Origin: the human T2T-CHM13v2.0 reference genome, Homo sapiens
Direction: 5' to 3' (one strand)
DNA: 64,000 nt
Assembly (NCBI RefSeq): GCF_009914755.1
Contig: NC_060927.1
Position numbers and translations under genes: made by a program
Notes under the pieces: model-generated
Told to the model about the DNA's origin: nothing
Databases searched by the model: none
Seen by the model: only the letters and a program-made list of their open reading frames with translations
Shown here: positions 13,819 through 27,040 of the stretch, piece after piece
Layout of the letters: every line of letters starts with the position of its first letter
Position numbering within the stretch: the first letter of the stretch is position 1

Positions 13819-14498
13819 TGGTGGTGGCATTGCTTGTTGTACAGTAAGACATATTAGTCTTATTATGACCACATGCCAATAAGACATATTAGTTGTTACT
13901 ACTATCATTTTGCTTAACAAAAGTTGATTTGTTGTGAAAGTCCAAGTGTTTTCCACCTTAGAGTCAGATACAGCATTGAGGGTTGGTTGGTTGTTTTCAA
14001 CTTGAACCAGTTAAAAGCAGTGTTGTAGCTGGTAGTTAATCCAGTCAAAGCAAGTGTTCTATTCATCACATGATGGAACTATTGCACATAGCCACCATTT
14101 AAATGGTTTCAGCATGGAAGAATTTGGAGATACGTGGGAACTCATCTCTGATCTACTTTGCCCTGGAGTCCAATTTTAACCTCAGATTGCTTTCTCACAA
14201 AGACTTTATCCTTTCACACTAAACTGGGTAAGTTATTTCTAGACTGTTGAATTTCATGGACCAAAAAACCTTTGAAGAAAATGAAAATATATAGACTAAT
14301 GTAAGATTAATAATGCTTTTTTTTTAACCAAGTAAGACAATTTTTGGAAAAATCAATTTTATCCTCATTATTTCATAAAAGGGAACTGTCACTTAATGGT
14401 CAAATTTTATCAAGATGTCCATTTTGAACCAATCAGAAGTGGCATGGGGTACAGCTTCAGATGATATAAATCTGGTTGTTTGGAGCTACCACTTTTTT

Positions 14499-14669
14499 AT
14501 CACTGCTCAGATAAATGAAAGAAAACATGTTATTAAATTAATAACTGTGCAGTATACCCACGTTTTTAAAAAGATGTCATTGTTTTATTAATTCATGTTG
14601 TTATCCTTAAGAGCAAAGACCATCCTATTTCCTTTCTTACACATTTTCTTCTTTTTAATTTGTTCATTC
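14499..14669 (+). repeat. 171-bp local duplication, copy A (copy B at 15382-15552)
   Basis: Ungapped manual alignment with 8 mismatches in 171 bp. Copy A is bracketed by tggagctacc (14481-14490 and 14673-14682). Confidence 0.95.
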
Positions 14670-15381
14670 TCATGGAGCTACCTTAAGAAGAAACAGTTGT
14701 TCCTGTACATTTTGAATTTTTTTTGCATTGTCTGTATTTGTACAGGTTGTTTTTGGATTACGGTATGTTAAAATGGAAATGAAAGATAGAGAATAAAGTG
14801 AAGACAAAGGAAAAATAAACAGGAAAGTGTACTATGTCATGTTTAACATCTTTTATAGCTATTAGCTAAGAAAGATATTTGTTTTACCTATTTATATTTT
14901 GAATATATTTCTTCCTTAGGCCACTATGAGACTAAGTAATAATTGATAATTTTTGAAGATGTTAAGAATTCTGAAGTCATACATTATTGCTGAGAACAAA
15001 TACTGAATTGATATGCTCTCTTTTCAATATTTGCTTTCCCATTGCGGTTGAATATTATATTAATTCTTATTTTAAGTCTACAGTAGCATTTCTTCTATTT
15101 TATAGGGAGTTTGATTTAGTTAGCATAATAAAAATACTCTTAGCTGTGATAAGATGCACAAAGACTTTACCTAAGATATACTCAAAACTATAAAGACATG
15201 TTTAATAGAAGATGCCTTGAAGCAATTTCTGAACTCAAAAATCTTAATTTATTAAGCATTAGTATTGGGTCCTAAGTTTTATTTTGTCCTTGAGTTTAAT
15301 TTTATCATTGTTAAATTGAATCTAATATAAAAATAAAAAATTAAGAAAACCCAAACTCTAGAATCTGTTTCATTTGAGCAA

Positions 15382-15552
15382 ATCACTGCTCAGATAAATG
15401 AAAGAAAACATGTTATTAAATTAATAACTGTGCAGTATGCCCACGTTTTTAAAAAGATGTCATTGTTTTATTAATTCATGTTCTTATCCTTAAGAGCAAA
15501 GACTATCTTGTTTCCTTTCTTGTACATTTTCTTCTTTTTAATTTATTCATTC
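15382..15552 (+). repeat. 171-bp local duplication, copy B
   Basis: See copy A. Runs directly into an L2 tail (ttcattcatt). Confidence 0.95.
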
Positions 15553-15830
15553 ATTATTTAATTGATAGGTGTTTCAATTGATTCATATATTCATTGATCT
15601 AAAAAATCTATATTGAGCATCTGTTTATACTTGGTATTTACCTTGTGTTAAGGCAATAATCATGCATAAGATGTGATTCTTAGAATCGGGTACTCAATGT
15701 CAAGAAGACAAGCATATGAGCAAGTTCAGAAATTATGATAAGAACCATGATCAAGTATAGGAGTGAATCTGCAACAACATTAAAAGACCTGAGTTCTAAC
15801 ACTGCTTGGAATACAGAGACTTCTCAGGTC
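15545..15830 (-). mobile_element. L2 3' fragment
   Basis: attcattcatt...tattgagcatctg... matches a reverse L2 end. Confidence 0.55.
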
Positions 15831-17239
15831 TTCACTGAACGGATAGATACAAACTAAGTAATTTGAAAGCAGAGAAGAAACATCAAACACAATCATCATT
15901 TAGCTTTTTGGTAGGTTGGAGATTATAAATTTAAATGTTATTGAAATCTTATTGCTTTGTTCTCAAGGGAAAACAGTGACAGGTCCAATATAGATGATTT
16001 CTGTAATTCCTTTTCAACCTTGAGAATTTATGACTCTAATATCCACTTTGGTGTGAATATTGAATAAAATATAAGATAATGCTTTAGTTTTTCAACATAG
16101 ATAAGAAAACGGTATATTACAGATTTACTCACAGTTGACATAAGGGCTGGGTTGATGTTCACCAAATACTGGAGTGATTTGTTAAGTAGAGGTATCAAAA
16201 TCTTATTCTCTAAAAGCCTTAAAATCTAAGCAAACCTCCATTTATTTTACATAATAAAGGTGTGAACATGCGTGAATGCATTTCAACGTGGTGGGGGTAG
16301 AGTAATTTTGGCATGACAGTACTCCTCACATCTCCTCTCGCTTCATCCATAATTCCAAATATAGAAAGTCCAGATACCAATATCTGTTGAAAAGAATGTA
16401 CAGAGAGGAAAAGATCTCTGTACAACTGATTGCATGAAGACTGGACATTTGACCAAACCATATGGAGCAGATGAGAACCTGAGCCAGTTAGCCATGGAGT
16501 CAGCTCTGAGAGTTGACACCACATCCACCAGTAGATGTGGGCAAACTGAAGTTATAAGGGAGCAGAATCCATGAGTAAGCAGAGGAAGTTCTCTGTGGAT
16601 AGTAGAATTCAATAGATGTGTGCAGGTAAGCAGAGGCAAGACACCAAACAGCCCTACAATAAAAGAGTTGGTGAGGAGCTACCTGAGACCTTCATGCCTT
16701 CTCAGCTCTACTTCCATAAGACACAGCTGAACTCTGTTTCTATGCATTACATGCTCTTCAAGGACTCATATCTATTTGGTGTGTGTGCTTGTGGGCATGG
16801 TCTGTGTTTATGTCTGTGTGTGTGAGAAAGAGACACTTACAGTCATTGAAACCAAAAGAACTGCTATTCTGAAATGCCCGGCCAGTTATGGTTAAGATTT
16901 TTTCTGCTATGGTCATATTCAGCTATCTCCTGGTTTTGAAAACAGTAGCCTGTTCCCTTCCTTTCAAAACTTTGCCATGTGTGCTGGGTGTCAGGAAGGG
17001 AGACTGGTGACCACAGGAGAATCTTTCTTGCCAGTGTTATTTCCAGTGTCTGGATACATTACTATCAGAAACAGGCATATTTGCTTTGTTAAAATTAAAG
17101 TGAAATTACTGCTTAATTGAAAAGTCAGGGATATTTAGCATTTCATACCCTCATTAATCATAAAAAGGCCTTACCCCTTCTTTATTGTTTGGGGCAAACT
17201 TTAATTTATCTACATTAGCAAAACTCAGTAAAAGGTAGC

Positions 17240-17740
17240 ATGTTGAGCTGGAATACCAGGACTAGATGGAAAGTCCTTGGTCTCTGAAAACAGTACAGCT
17301 GAGTTAAAATATTACTTCTTGTCATACTTTTTGTGTGACATTTGGCATATCACGTTCCCTGGTAACAGTTTTCTCATTTGGTAAATGCAGTTTTCAACTT
17401 CTTAAAATTATGATGAGAAATGTGTCATAAAATTTTTAGAGCAAGTTCTGGAACCAGGATTGTGATTCAAATCCCAGCTCCTCTACTTATTAGCTGTGTG
17501 ACCCTAGGCAACATATGCAGTGTATGTGATGACTTTGCACTTTAGCTAATGCATCTGTAAGACTGAAATCACAGTGCTACCTATTTCATAGGCTGTCACG
17601 GGAAGTAAATATCATTAAACATATAAAGCACTTGATACAAAGCCCAGTAGCGCTGGCATATAGTACAAGCTCAGAAAAGTGTTTGCAGTACGTGTTTACA
17701 ATCATAAAGTGCTTTGTAAAATTCTATAGCACTATACACG
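17240..17740 (+). mobile_element. Nested or adjacent MIR elements
   Basis: Two MIR cores (tgtgtgacatttggc...ttttctcatttggtaaatg and tcaaatcccagctcctctacttattagctgtgtgaccctaggcaa) plus two MIR 3' ends. Confidence 0.7.
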
Positions 17741-18696
17741 CGTGATCCTGTTTAAACAAAGTTTCTTGAGGCACAAAATGATATGTTTCGAGTTAATCCT
17801 CAAAGTGCTTACAATTGATAACTTGCTAATGGCTTATTCTGTAATTTCTATCTCCTTCTTTAAAGACCAGATAAGTAGAAATGGTGGCACTGAACAGGTA
17901 TATGAAAAAGCTTTTATCATCATCCCGAGACTTTCAGGTCAGGAGAAATGCATGTGTTTCTAGGGATTTTAACTTGGCACCTTCCATGGACACTAAATTT
18001 ACTCTGAAAAGAAAAAAAATAAAAAGTGTCTGTTCTTTCGTGCTGGCAGAGGTAGTCAGGAATGGTTCTCTTTGGTGCTCTCAAGTTTTCTTAAGCTCTT
18101 TCTCCTTCTCCAAGCAGGTAAGAAATAAGATAATTGATGAGGCTTTCTGATTCCATGCACTCGGGTATTTCTAAAATAAGTATGAAACGTAGGAAATAAA
18201 GTGTATGTTAAAATATCATTTGAAAGAGAGAACAAGGCAGAAATTTCCAGATTCTTTTTTTAAATATTGTATTTTATTCTATGTAAATCTATTTTTTTTG
18301 CAGTGCTAAAACAGGTATTTTATATGACTTTGTGATTACATTGAGAATATTTCATAAAACCTCCATTTGTGTTTCATATGTCTTCTGTCTTATTAGTGAG
18401 GGAGATTGTGCCTAAAATGTTAGAGTTGGAAGATCTCAATAAATTGTGAATTTTCCTTCTATCCCCTTTTCCCTAGAAATTTATCTGTGTCACATTGACA
18501 GATGAGACAATACTTGCTAATCTATTTCAATGATCATTTATCTGCAGCTAATCATTTTCCTTTTGTAACTTCATGGGATTCCTTTTACTACAGTTTTCCT
18601 AAGAAAGCAGATTTTTTTTTAAATATTCCCTTTAAATAAACATCAACAGTGATATATACTGTGGGGTGTTTCCCAAATGTTCCCTTTAAATTTTGT

Positions 18697-19160
<464 letters not shown>

Positions 19161-19234
19161 TGTTAAAACATTAGAATCCCATGTTCTCCAAACTGTCAAG
19201 ATGTATCTTGAAACAGCAGATTCACTTACAATCA

Positions 19235-19674
19235 ATGGCTTAAAATAATACAGATGCATTATCTTACTATACTGGAGGTTAGAAGTCTAAAATATGCCTC
19301 AGTGGTCTAAAATCAACATGTCGGTGGGGTTACATTCCTCCTCGAAACTCTTGAGAATTATTTTCTTGCCTTTTCCAGATTGTAGAGGCTGCTGCCATGC
19401 CTTGGCTCATGGCTCTCGCCTATCCACAAACCTGGCAGTGCAGCATCTTCAAATCTGTCTCTCTGATTCTGACCCTCTTGCTTCTCTCTCACTTGTAATG
19501 ACACTTGTCATCACTAGATCATCCAGAATACTCTCACATGTCAAAGTAGGGTGATTAGCAACCTTAATTTCATTTGCAACCTTATTTCCCCTTTGTCATG
19601 TAAGGTAACACACTTATAGATTCTGAGGAGTAAGGAGTGGGCATCATTAGGGTGCCATTATTCTGCCTACCACA
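19235..19674 (-). mobile_element. MLT1 (MLT1C/D-like) MaLR LTR
   Basis: tggcttaaaa...ctggaggttagaagtc...ccttggctcatgg...ccattattctgcctaccaca, the reverse of the MLT1 5' end. Confidence 0.85.
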
Positions 19675-19742
19675 AATAGGATCTGTGACTTAACAAATGT
19701 AGGTAATGTTGATTAGACCTAATTAAGATTGTGTTTTTTTTG

Positions 19743-19892
19743 CAGTGCTTCTCAAAATGTTTAATATATTAAAGCTGTATTATGAAACATCTGCAGTGAT
19801 ATATACCGTGGGATGTTCCCCAAATGTGTTAGATTGCAGTACCCTTTTATTAAGATCTCCCAGAAGAGAGGAACTCATTTGAAAAATGTGGA
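19743..19892. mobile_element. Short hAT-Charlie MER-like DNA element
   Basis: TIR-like ends cagtgcttctcaaa ... tttgaaaaatgtg. Confidence 0.5.
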
Positions 19893-20159
19893 CCAGAGGA
19901 ATTTACATTTATCCTTTCCATTCTATCCAAGGATTAACCAACAGTGGAGCCCTCGGCTTCGAGATTTAGGACTAAGTTTTTATCACTGGGCCTAATAGTA
20001 AGTAACTTTAATTTAGGCAGATGAGATTACTCTTCTATTTCAGTTCTGCTTGGTTTATTGGGAAACCTATTTTCACATCTTGAGTCTACTGCTTGCTAGT
20101 GACATGACCTCGATTTTAATCTCTCTAACATTAGTTTCGAAGTTCTGAGTTGTAGGGAA

Positions 20160-20400
20160 TGGTGAAGACCATGGGTCTAGAGTCAGACAGTCTAGGTTAG
20201 AATGCTGGCACTGGACACTTCCCAGCTGTGTGACTCAGAGAGAAAGGTATTTAACCTCCTCGTGCTTGGGTTTTCTCATCCTTAAAATGAAGGCAAGAGT
20301 AGTTTCAACCTTGTAAACATTTTTGTGAGTTTAAGTTAGATAATGCGTATAAAGTAGCTGATGCAAAGCCTGGCATGCTAAATGCTCATTAAAGGTTTTG
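20160..20400 (+). mobile_element. MIR
   Basis: ctagagtcagacagtctagg...agctgtgtgac...ttaacctc...ttttctcatccttaaaatg...gcctggcat. Confidence 0.8.
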
Positions 20401-21298
20401 ATTGAGGTTGCTGTTATTATTATTATTATTATTAAAAATAACTGCAAGTACCAAAGTTCCGTTCAGACACACAAATAGTATAAAAAGATAAGACCTCTCA
20501 TGGGAATGTTGATTTAATGGATATGAAAGACTGCTTTTGAAATAGACACTAAACAATTGAAAGAATTATAAGTTAAGATTTTCCGTTCAATGTAAACCAA
20601 GGAGAAAGATTTGGAGGGGGTTTTGATTGGATAAAGAAGAGTTGAATTTAAAGACTTTGGAGGCATTATACAGCACAAAAATACTTTCATCAAGAATATC
20701 GTTTCAGAGGAATCACTACACAATTATTTCCTACTTGAGCCAAATCATTGAAAAATTCTTTGAAGTTCTACACATGGACTTTACGGGCAGTTAAAAAATT
20801 CACAAAGAAGAATTATTGACATACATAAAACACTTAAGCAGGCATTTAAAAAGAAAATAAATGGGGTTTCTGGCCCGACATTTTATTTTAAAATTCTAAT
20901 AAATCCAATTTCATTTGAAAGCTGATTCAAACAACATATATGTCAAACCAATTCAGAAGATTAGGTGTTTTAATTAAAAGTGCTGTCTATAACTTTGCAA
21001 AGTGACAGTTCAAATATAACTGGAACAGCAGTGTCAATATCTTTACTGAGAGAGGAAAACATCATCAAGAATCTTAATTTGTCTCAATTGCAGCCTAATA
21101 ACTCAATTAAATTGTGATAGAAAAATAAGCTTTGAAGGAAATTGAGAGAAACACACTAATTTTTCAGATTTAATTAGCTAAGTAGAAATCACAATACTCA
21201 TAATCACAGATACATGTGTAGTTACAAATGCTGATTACCAAAGTACCAGAGTGTTTGGCTTCAGGAGTTAGGGGTGTGTGGGGTGTGCATGCTCACTC

Positions 21299-21324
21299 GT
21301 GTGTGTGTGTGTGTGTGTGTGTGT
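21299..21324. repeat. (GT)13 microsatellite
   Basis: Read directly from the sequence. Confidence 0.95.
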
Positions 21325-22003
21325 ACATGAGCTCTCTTGGATCTGCACACTAGTACAGACAATCAATACTAACAATCAAGATAAATAGATCAATTCAAAA
21401 TGTCAACAGAATATCACATAATGAATAGGATGAAATATGTCATCTGCTATGAATGGAGAGATCTATTAATAGTTTGGGAAATTTAGATGGGATGAATTAT
21501 AAATTTATCTTGCCTCTTTATCGCAATGTAGATTTAATCAACATTCAGTAGAGCACTGGGTAAGAAACCTAAGGCTAAATTTTCATTCTCTGATTCGGGT
21601 TTACTCCAAGCCATGACTATTGTTATATTTTGTTTATCATGAGGGAGTTAAATATTTTTATTTTATTATTAAAACTAGTTTTGAAATTAGGCTTAATTTA
21701 TCTACTGCTTGGTCTTGGGCAAATCATTTTTCACTTTCCTATGTTCATTTATATAACAAAACTATTGTTTACTTAGGGGCATACTATGAACTAAAGTCAT
21801 TTTATATCACCTCCCCCCTCTATATTACAAAAGTATTTTCAATAATAATCATGAAATGAAACATTTTGGAGTTCTCTGAGTTCACTTCCCTATAAAATAT
21901 AATGCTTATTAAAGGATACCCAATAAAAATGATGCTAATTTGAAGCTTATGCATATATTACTAAAACTTAATAGTTACTGCAGCAGTTATTTAGAACTTA
22001 TAT

Positions 22004-22220
22004 TAGAAATGAGCAAACTTTGACCAGCAGGTTACATTTGTCCAGCTGCTTATCATTGTAAATTTTATTTTTTTGAAATGACCATTTGCTTCTGTGTTGT
22101 CAAGGGCAGTTGGCAGATTTGGGCTACAACAGAGTTCAGTAGCTGTGAAAGAGCCCATAGACTGCAAAGTCTCAAATATTCACTACCTACCACTTTACAG
22201 AAAAAGTTTGCTGACTCCTA
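22004..22220. mobile_element. MER58A
   Basis: gcaaacttt...ctgcaaagtctcaaatattcactacctaccactttacagaaaaagtttgctgactcct. Confidence 0.8.
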
Positions 22221-25200
22221 ACTTAGACCAACAAAAGATTTTTAGAAGAATAGTATTTTTTCCCTGATGTTGTTTAGAATTATTATTATATGATTAAGAT
22301 AAAAGGCAGATGGCTTTTAGTTATTTCTTTTTAAAACCCCCTACAGACAGTGCACCGTTTATTGCCTGATCATTCTAACCACCTCCATCCCAGTGTGTCT
22401 CCAATCAAACCTGTGTTGTTATCGTGTGTTTTATTGAATGAAGATCATACATGACAATCAAATAGGGCCTAATACGTAGTAAACCTCCCAAATTAGTGTG
22501 CCTTCTCTTTTGAGAGCGCAAAATGATAAATTATAAGGGGTGGTTGTCCAAAAAGTACAGGTAACAGAGGAACTCCAGACTGGGGATAAAATGTTGCATG
22601 TTACAGTGTATGTAGACTCTCAACATCCATAGAAACTCTTCTATTCCTTGAGGGCCAGGCCAGAATGTGTGCGTTCTAGGATGCCTCTACCTACCAAATA
22701 GTTTTTTGCCCTCTTGGTGGCACTGTGATGCCAATTGTCTATTGGTAAGTAACCTCTAACCTTGATCTGAGAGGAAAAGAAGGTTCTTGGTTCTTTATGC
22801 CTTTCCACTGTTCTACTTATCATATTTATTTATGATTTTTTTCCTTCTAATTTATCTCTTAATTTCTGAAGCCCAACGTGATTTTAATGTGAGTGGATAG
22901 AGTTTTTGGAGCTTAAGTTCATGGGGCATCATTAGCAGATAATGTGGGTTGAGTCCACACACCACATATGAATATAGCAAATCACTTTAAATCTGGATGA
23001 TTGTGTGCATTCCTTTGATTTCTTTAACTCACAGCATTGTCAAATAGGTAGCAACCCAGCTATGATCCTAGTCTCTAATTAAGATATTTGAATGAGAAGA
23101 AACCTGTACTTTCCCCTCATGGGAAGGAAATTTGCCAGAGCTAGCTTAATGCTCAAAACTCATAATCATAAAGGTGATTGCTTAGTGTAACCTAAATTAA
23201 AACCCATATTCATTGTTACAAGATTACATGTTTTTCTTAATATTTTGCATTAAACATTTAACATACAGTTTTGAGGAATTACATTTCAAAATGTAATTTG
23301 GTATTTGTCGGGCCAGTTGGTAAACCTGAGCTTCATGTAATTTCTGACTTGTTATACTCTGGAGAGAAATTATATGATATCCGCAAATATTCACCTCTCA
23401 CATTCTTTTCTTGTGGGTATTGCTCTGATGCTAATGTGAAATGCTGTTTATCAGGAGCAAATGATTTGCGGATTCAGCTACTTCAAAAGCTTTGGTTTTA
23501 TTTTTATGCATAGAACATAGCCTTCTCATTAATTTTTATTTCATTTACTAAATTTCAATAACCCTTTGAATATGTAATGACAGAGGTGAAAATAATGTCT
23601 TATCCTCCCTTATTCTTTCTTTCTGAATTTTTTTGTGACCCCAAACATAAGGCCTTAAAAACTGGTCATGTTTTATTCAATCACTTGTGTCTCTTTCTAG
23701 AATTTAAGGATCTCTGCATGCATGTCTCTTCCTCTCTTCTTTCAAGACTGTTGCAAATGGTTGATCAAATTTATATTGAGGTCATTAAAGGTAGGATTTT
23801 ATTTATTCCTCTTTTGAGTACACTCTGTTTTGGAGAATGAAAAATCTTTCATGTCTATTATCAAAACACAATATCATTGAATATGCCACAAAAGACAAAT
23901 ATATTTGCAAATCCTGTGGCAAAAATAATGTTACATTGGCTTAAAATGAACAGTTAGCATCATCTTAGATAGGACTTTGGCTTTATCAGGCACAGTTTGG
24001 GGTAAATTACTTGGGCGATGGCTGGAGCTGAATCTGTTTCCTGATTCCTGGACAGAAAAATTGCTCCCCTTCCACCCCCAAAAACTGGCATGGTTGATCC
24101 CATAGATAGAGATAAAGAAAGCTATTTTCAGAATAATTCTGCCAGTAAGCTCACATCTATTTTGCAAATAAGTATACTAACGTCATCTGGAGATATTTAC
24201 TGCAGAAAAATCTTTCAAACTCTCAGGTGTGATCTAAGAACCTAAGTATTGAATTCTTAAGCTTGGTAGCCCCTTTTGTGACTTGACTTCTGTTGGAATT
24301 CTCTAAAGAAAACAGAAAGAGGATGAGCAAGACTTCAAGAGAAGGCCAGTAAATTGGAAGCTGGAGAAATCTGCTTCAAATGTCTTGTTTTATCTCATAC
24401 GCTTAGAAAACTCAATGAACTCTTTGCCCTCTATTGTTAACAACTCAGTCGATCTTCTGGGACTTGGGAAGCATTTACCCAAAGTCATCTGCTTTGATCC
24501 CAGAGGTGAAGAATGTGATGTTAACTAGCATCTTTGTTTACCTGTTGTACTTAAGAAGCATAGCTGATAAAAGTCTTAAATATTTCACTCCTGAGTAAGA
24601 AGGGGAATAATTTTCTCTGGACTTTCTGAAAAATGATGAGAGTGACACATTTTTTTAAGCCACTAAAAGCTGGATTTATTTGTTTCCACTTATTTGCGTT
24701 GGGACATACATACCGATAAATAGCAAGGTTTCCTTAACAATGATAAATCTCAAATTTAAAAAAAAATTGCTCTAATTGATAGGTGTACTCTTTCAAGTCT
24801 TAAGAGAGGTAATAGTTTGCTGCGGGACTAATGTATCTTAGCAGAGACACTAAAGGTAAGAGGAAAAAGAGCTGCAGATAAAGATGCTGAAAAATAGCAC
24901 AATTCTTAAAGCTCAATTTATCATTTAGCATGCAGAGGTCCCTAATTCAATGAAGACTAATCAGGTTTTATAACTCTAATTTTGATATCTAATGTGGCAA
25001 GCTGTTATCCAAATTGATATTATAATCATATGACAGTAATGTTTTCTTTATATTTATTTACAAAGTTAAATTCTGTGTATTTAAACATTACATTTACCAT
25101 ACGTAACAAGACTAGAGATCTGAATATATGTTATGCCCATTCCTACTGACAGGATGAAGACTCAATCCTTCTCCTTTAAGGATATACAAAGGAAGATGTA

Positions 25201-26423
25201 TTTGTTTCACTGGATGAGTTGGGGTAAAATATCTGGCACTAATTCACCACATGAAAAGATGCTATTACAAAGGAGTTAAATTTTTTTTTTACCATTTAGA
25301 TGACTTTGATAGCCTAGAATACCACACTGGAGTTACAAGCTTTCCGTTTATTCTGTTTTATTGACTCATTGATAGGAATGTGATGCAGGAAAGAGCGAGG
25401 GGTAGGAAGTGAAGGAAATCATATCAGAATTTATAAGAACTGGTAGGAACCTAGCTCTAGATGAGGGTCATGTTTCTCAATTTTTGCCCTGGTCCTGCGT
25501 TTGGCTCTGTAGCATTGGACAAATCTGTGTTCCAAGCTCCAGTCTTCTCATCCGTAAAGTGGACCCATACCCCCACTTCTGTCTATCTCTGGCATTACGT
25601 GGCAGTGTTCAAATAAGAATGGAGGCATTAAAAATGCTTTGGAACCAATAAAAGCAGTTATTATTGGGGAGAGATGTGACTTTAGTGAAAGAAGCAATGA
25701 AGAATGACACAAGTACTTATTAAATTATTAATGGAAAGTAGTAGTATATAGATGATTTTTAAAACTACTGTGGTATAGTACTGTAAGAAATGTACACACC
25801 AGTTACTAGATAATTCACAAAGGTCTGATAATATCCTGAGAACCACTGTCTTAGAAGTGTAATGAAATAGCGTATATATATGCCTGCTCTAAAATCCCAC
25901 TGATTTGAAGTTTTCTGGATGGATCCCACATGGACATGTTATCCTATCATCCTCTAATTTTCATGACTTAAAATGAATGATAAAAATGCCTGCTTTTTTC
26001 CCCATATACATGCAGGTAAGACTGAAGAAATGAGAACCGTCACTTGTAAATACCTGCCATGTTTTAACCTCATGAATTGACCTCCTTTTTATTGTCCAAG
26101 GATGCACAGTGGGACATTTTTACAGAGAATCTGCTTGGAGACCAGTGACAATTGATTCTGACTGCCAAGCCTGTTCAAATCACAGGGAAAACCAGTGACT
26201 GTAAAATTCAACCAATTTTTAGTTCTTGTTCAGGGAAAGGAACAGCTTGCTTTGCAAAGACTTCTTGAATTAGAGCACAAACTTGAGTAACCAGCTCATG
26301 ACCTGCCAAGATACCAGCTGTTGAAAAGAACGTGATGTTTCTTATTGGGATTTTGTTTGTCATCTAAGCTTAGGTCATTTGCAGAGGTCATTGTAGTCTT
26401 GAAAGGGAATTAAAAAGAAAAGT

Positions 26424-27040
26424 AAACTGGTTCAACCATTGTGGAAAACAGTGTGGTGATTCCTCAGGAATCTAGAACTAGAAATACCATTTGACCCAGC
26501 CATCCCATTACTGGGTATATACCCAAAGGATTATAAATCATGCTGCTATAAAGACACATGCACATATATGTTTATTGCGGCACTATTCACAACAACAAAG
26601 ACTTGGAACCAACCCAAATGTCCATCAATGATAGACTGGATTAAGAAAATGTGGCACATATACACCATGGAATACTATGCAGCCATCAAAAAGAATGAGT
26701 TCATGTCCTCTGTAGGGACATGGATGAAACTGGAAACCATCATTCTCAGCAAACTATCACAGGGACAAAAAAACAAACACCACATGTTCTCACTTATAGG
26801 TGGGAATTGAACAATGAGAACACATGGACACAGGAAGGGGAACATCACACACCATGGCCTGTTGTGGGGTGGGGGGAGGGGAGAGGGATAGCATTAGGAG
26901 AAATACCTAATGTAAATGATGAGTTAATGGGTGCAGCACACCAACATGGCACATGTATACATATGTACCAAACCTGCACGTTGTGCACATGTACCCTAGA
27001 ACTTAAAGTATAATAAAAAATAAAATAAAAATAAAAATAA
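26424..27040 (+). mobile_element. 5'-truncated L1PA (PA4/5-like) 3' end, sense to GRM7
   Basis: ORF2 C-terminus (MFIAALFT...WNQPKCPSMIDWIKKMWHIYTMEYYAAIKKNEF), G-rich 3'UTR of the GAG type, A-rich tail, and a 12-bp TSD aaaaagaaaagt (26412-26423 and 27041-27052) at a TT/AAAA site. Confidence 0.96.

Noticed and set aside
13663-13956. G/R/E/K-rich ORFs
   Set aside because: Translation of a CCTT/CCCT simple repeat.
16250-16700. Possible LTR or exon with donor gcag|gtaagc at about 16625
   Set aside because: No convincing acceptor or family match could be made by eye.
26568-27013. ORF resembling the L1 ORF2 C-terminus
   Set aside because: 5'-truncated L1PA with no promoter and no intact ORF.
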